Position numbers and translations under genes: made by a program | Origin: Takakia lepidozioides | Lineage: Eukaryota > Plantae > Bryophyta | Reading direction: 5' to 3' | DNA: 64,000 nt | Assembly: GCA_030704615.1 (NCBI GenBank) | Contig: CM060732.1 | Span: forward strand, 46,686,001-46,750,000 | The notes under the pieces: model-generated | Databases searched by the model: none | The model's input: the letters and a program-made list of their open reading frames with translations, nothing else | Told to the model about the DNA's origin: nothing | Shown: positions 60,948-64,000 of the stretch, piece by piece | Numbering within the stretch: position 1 is the stretch's first letter | Layout of the letters: each line of letters opens with the position of its first letter

Positions 60948-63679
60948 GTTGGTGATGATTTTAATTATTCGTTTTAATTTTTGGCTGGGGGGCAAGAACA
61001 TTTTCAAAGCGTGACAACAGATGCATTTGTTTTATTAATATGATTCTAATTGTTTGTTCAAAAACAAATTTGCTTTTAAGGGAAACCTTTTTCAGACTTT
61101 CGAAATAATTGTTTTCTGACGATCGCATTTTCCCAGAAAATAATTATAATATTTTTAATTTGTCTAATTATTGACTGGGGGAAAATAATTTCAGAAAAGC
61201 ACATCTTCGAATAATTTTTGCTGAAGATTATTGGCTTACGTTTTCCAGAACACAATTATAGCGTGTTCTCTAATATTCATGATGTTTTAAATTTTTGGCT
61301 GCTGGGGACACAATCTCAAAAATCACATCCAATAGCATATTTCTCTGGTATTTTTCTTTACTATTAATATTTTGAGACTTTTGAGACTTTTGAGCTTAGT
61401 AGAAAACAATTATAATTTGACCAGGGGAAAATAATTTCAAAATCACATCATTCTTCAGCATATTTCTTTGCTATTTTGTTTTATCTATATAAGTTTATGT
61501 TTTCCATACTTTCGAAATAATTTTTGCTGACGCTCATGGGTGTGCATTTTAGAATTATCCGACCACGCTGTAATACAGGGGGGTGGCAGTTCGGAACTTC
61601 GGATATTACCTAGTAACCAAATTCGGGCAGGCCCTGCCTCGTGACACGTGCTGATTCCGGATAATGCCACGCACGAGACGTGGCGGGCGCCACGAAAAAA
61701 GCCCCTGTCAGCTGCTACAGCCAATGAGAGCGAAAAGGATTTGGCCACTTGTAAGTCCTACTCTATCCGACCAACGTAGGTCCACGGGCCCACCCCTCGA
61801 GTCTTCCCTCCCGGTTACCCACAGATTGGAAAGGCCGCCCGACAGAATGAGCTGGCCACCCGGAGAATTGGTCATGGCTATCCCTTAGCTGAATTTTAGC
61901 CATAGCTGGTGAAGGTAGCACTCTAGTGTAAAACTCACAACTCTCCTTAAATGACCATGAGACCCCCATTCAAGTCCCAATGGATTTCATCGATGCTCGC
62001 ATTTTGCCCGATGAGATCAGATACAAATCAGTACTTGAACGAAAAATGTAGCGAGCATCATCGAGATGCACATGCAGGAATTAGGAATTAGTTTCACACT
62101 GAAAATCATAAAAGCGGCTAGCCAGTTGGAGTCAGTTTGTTGAGGGTTTGGCCAGTCCGCTAGAAGGTCCGCCGTTAAAGAATGAGGACTTGGAAAAATT
62201 CAGAATCTAAACCCGGTGAAAGGGGTGGGTTCATGAGCTCACCCCATGGGCCGTCCTGGCGGGGCCCATAGGTGCATTCAAGTCTCAATTATTAAAAAAT
62301 GAGAGGGCTTTCCAAGACCCCAGGCGCAGGCCTCCTGATTGGGAGATCTCAATGACAATACACACAAAACAAAACAAAACAAAACAAACTACCAAACTTA
62401 ATGTATTGATAGTAGACTATTGTGGTGGAGACCTTCCATTGCTATTGAATGCATGCATTATATCATATAGATTAATTATGAAGGGTGCTTGAATTGGTTT
62501 AACAAGAAGTTGCAGCATTTGCATTATAGACCTCTGAAGGAAGAACTAAGGCTTTATTTTTTGTTTGGTTGTCTCTAGTCCTACCTCATAGTTTGCTTTC
62601 CATAGTTTTTTTGTTTGTTTGTTTTTTCTTATGACCAGTTTGCTTTCATGACAAATGTCTACATTTCTACTATTTGAACTATTTCTTTTTCTTTCATTCT
62701 TATCCACATGATTACATGTAGCTTGAAATAATGGAAGACAATAGTCTTTTAGTGTGAAGTGACATCATAAGTTATCTTTATAGCAGTTGGAAGAATGATT
62801 CAAAAATACTCACAAACATCTAGACTGTTTTTTTGTTTTTTAATAAATCTTCTAAGGGGAGGAGGCCCTGTTATATTGTCAAGACCTTCTGAAATATTGA
62901 TTTTCCATTGAGCACGAATTCATTCAGATGATTTACTTGGCAAATTCAATTTTGTGTAAGCAAAATAAACAAATAAATAAAAAGTTGATGAAGTTGTTTG
63001 AGGTGTGCTTTTTGAAGTGCTGTTTGCAGCTATTTATGGTGACTTTTAATCAATTTTACTGATGTGCAAATTTCTGGAAGTGTTTCAAAATGTCAAGAAA
63101 ATATATTAAAGAAAAATAAAATTGCAGTTAAAGAAAAGAAATGGCAGGTAACACCAAAGAAGGCCTGGTGTTAGGTGTAAGATCCCATGGGTGGGTCATA
63201 CTATAATAATTCATAACTCTGGGTGACTCACCCTCAAAAACAAAGACAAAGAAAGAGAAAAAACTCGGAAGTCTTTACATCGGACGTGACAAGTTCCATA
63301 GTTCACAATGTTTCTTCCCGTTGATTTGATCTGTTCTCGTTGGAGCCTGGAGGTATCTGTATTCGTCCCATAGTCGTGCAAATTCCAGAAGTCCGATTTG
63401 TATTTTATAACAATTTTGTCATCTGGTTGCTGTCCTTGTTGAGTGGATTTGATTTCCCCCGGCAACTGACCAAAGTTGTATTATCCACATGTAGCAAAAA
63501 AGCAAAGACTTCATTCACAGAGAGAAGACCAAGCATCTTCAAAGTTGATCTTTGTAATCCCTGCTTCACACCTGTTTGGGTGTCTGAGAGAGAGAAAGGG
63601 CAGCACCATATTGAGCAGGTGTGTCCTATACTACCCTAATATTTGACCATTTCCATATCAAAGATGATTACCACATATA

Positions 63680-63967
63680 AACCGGTGTTGGGAGGTTCTT
63701 TGATTCCACAACAAACCCCCAAAGGTGATCGATATGCATATATAACCGCTGTTCTAAGAAAAAACAAAAAGCTCCTAACCGCCAAAGTTTTGAAACAACC
63801 AGCCTGAAAACCGTCAAAGACCTGTCAAAGACCCACCGGTTGTTTGATGAAAACCACCGTTTCTTTGAGGTTCTTACAATCAACCGGGAACCAGTTGTTC
63901 TTTGCATAAGAAATATCTGAAAAAACCGGAAACGGAGGTTATGAAATCAAATAACTGCCCAACACTG
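63680..63967. mobile_element. Terminal fragment of a hAT element of the 49730-50542 family
   Basis: AACCGG subrepeats and the terminus aactgcccaacactg, identical to the right TIR ending at 50542. Confidence 0.65.
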
Positions 63968-64000
63968 ATACAAACATGAGTTGGTATCAACTGCTCCAAT

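Noticed and set aside
59117-64000. Evening element (AAAATATCT) in the TOC1 upstream region
   Set aside because: None found by eye; the only near match (AAATATCT, 63911-63918) is about 4.8 kb away inside a transposon fragment.

Overview
Eukaryotic (land-plant) nuclear DNA; a non-seed plant is my guess from gene and repeat content, not a determination. Four intact spliced genes could be assembled by hand with GT-AG introns and consistent phases: a CYP86-family fatty-acid hydroxylase (+, 6365-9773, 524 aa), a bifunctional sn-2 GPAT/phosphatase of the GPAT4/6/8 type (+, 24069-25816, 511 aa), a divergent Argonaute with an intact D-E-D-H slicer tetrad (+, 32575-38961, 1202 aa, 9 exons) and a TOC1/PRR1 clock gene (-, 59116-53268, 628 aa). 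The Argonaute sits between the arms of an inverted duplication (about 26.3-29.1 kb versus 50.6-52.5 kb) of an unknown membrane-anchored gene, and just downstream of a decayed TOC1 fragment. The rest is repeat-rich: a pogo-type transposon, three hAT MITEs with 8-bp TSDs, a TTAA-flanked piggyBac-like MITE, a copia LTR-PBS-gag remnant, tRNA-derived SINEs, several satellites, a two-exon SMARCAL1-like relic, and a Dualen/RandI-like non-LTR fragment with RNase H, CCHC and RLE domains plus a possible PCIF1-like methyltransferase remnant. Best leads: the CYP86 + GPAT cutin/suberin gene pair, the atypical AGO and its setting, the Dualen-like element and the piggyBac-like MITE. No database searches were run; family calls rest on motif recognition.
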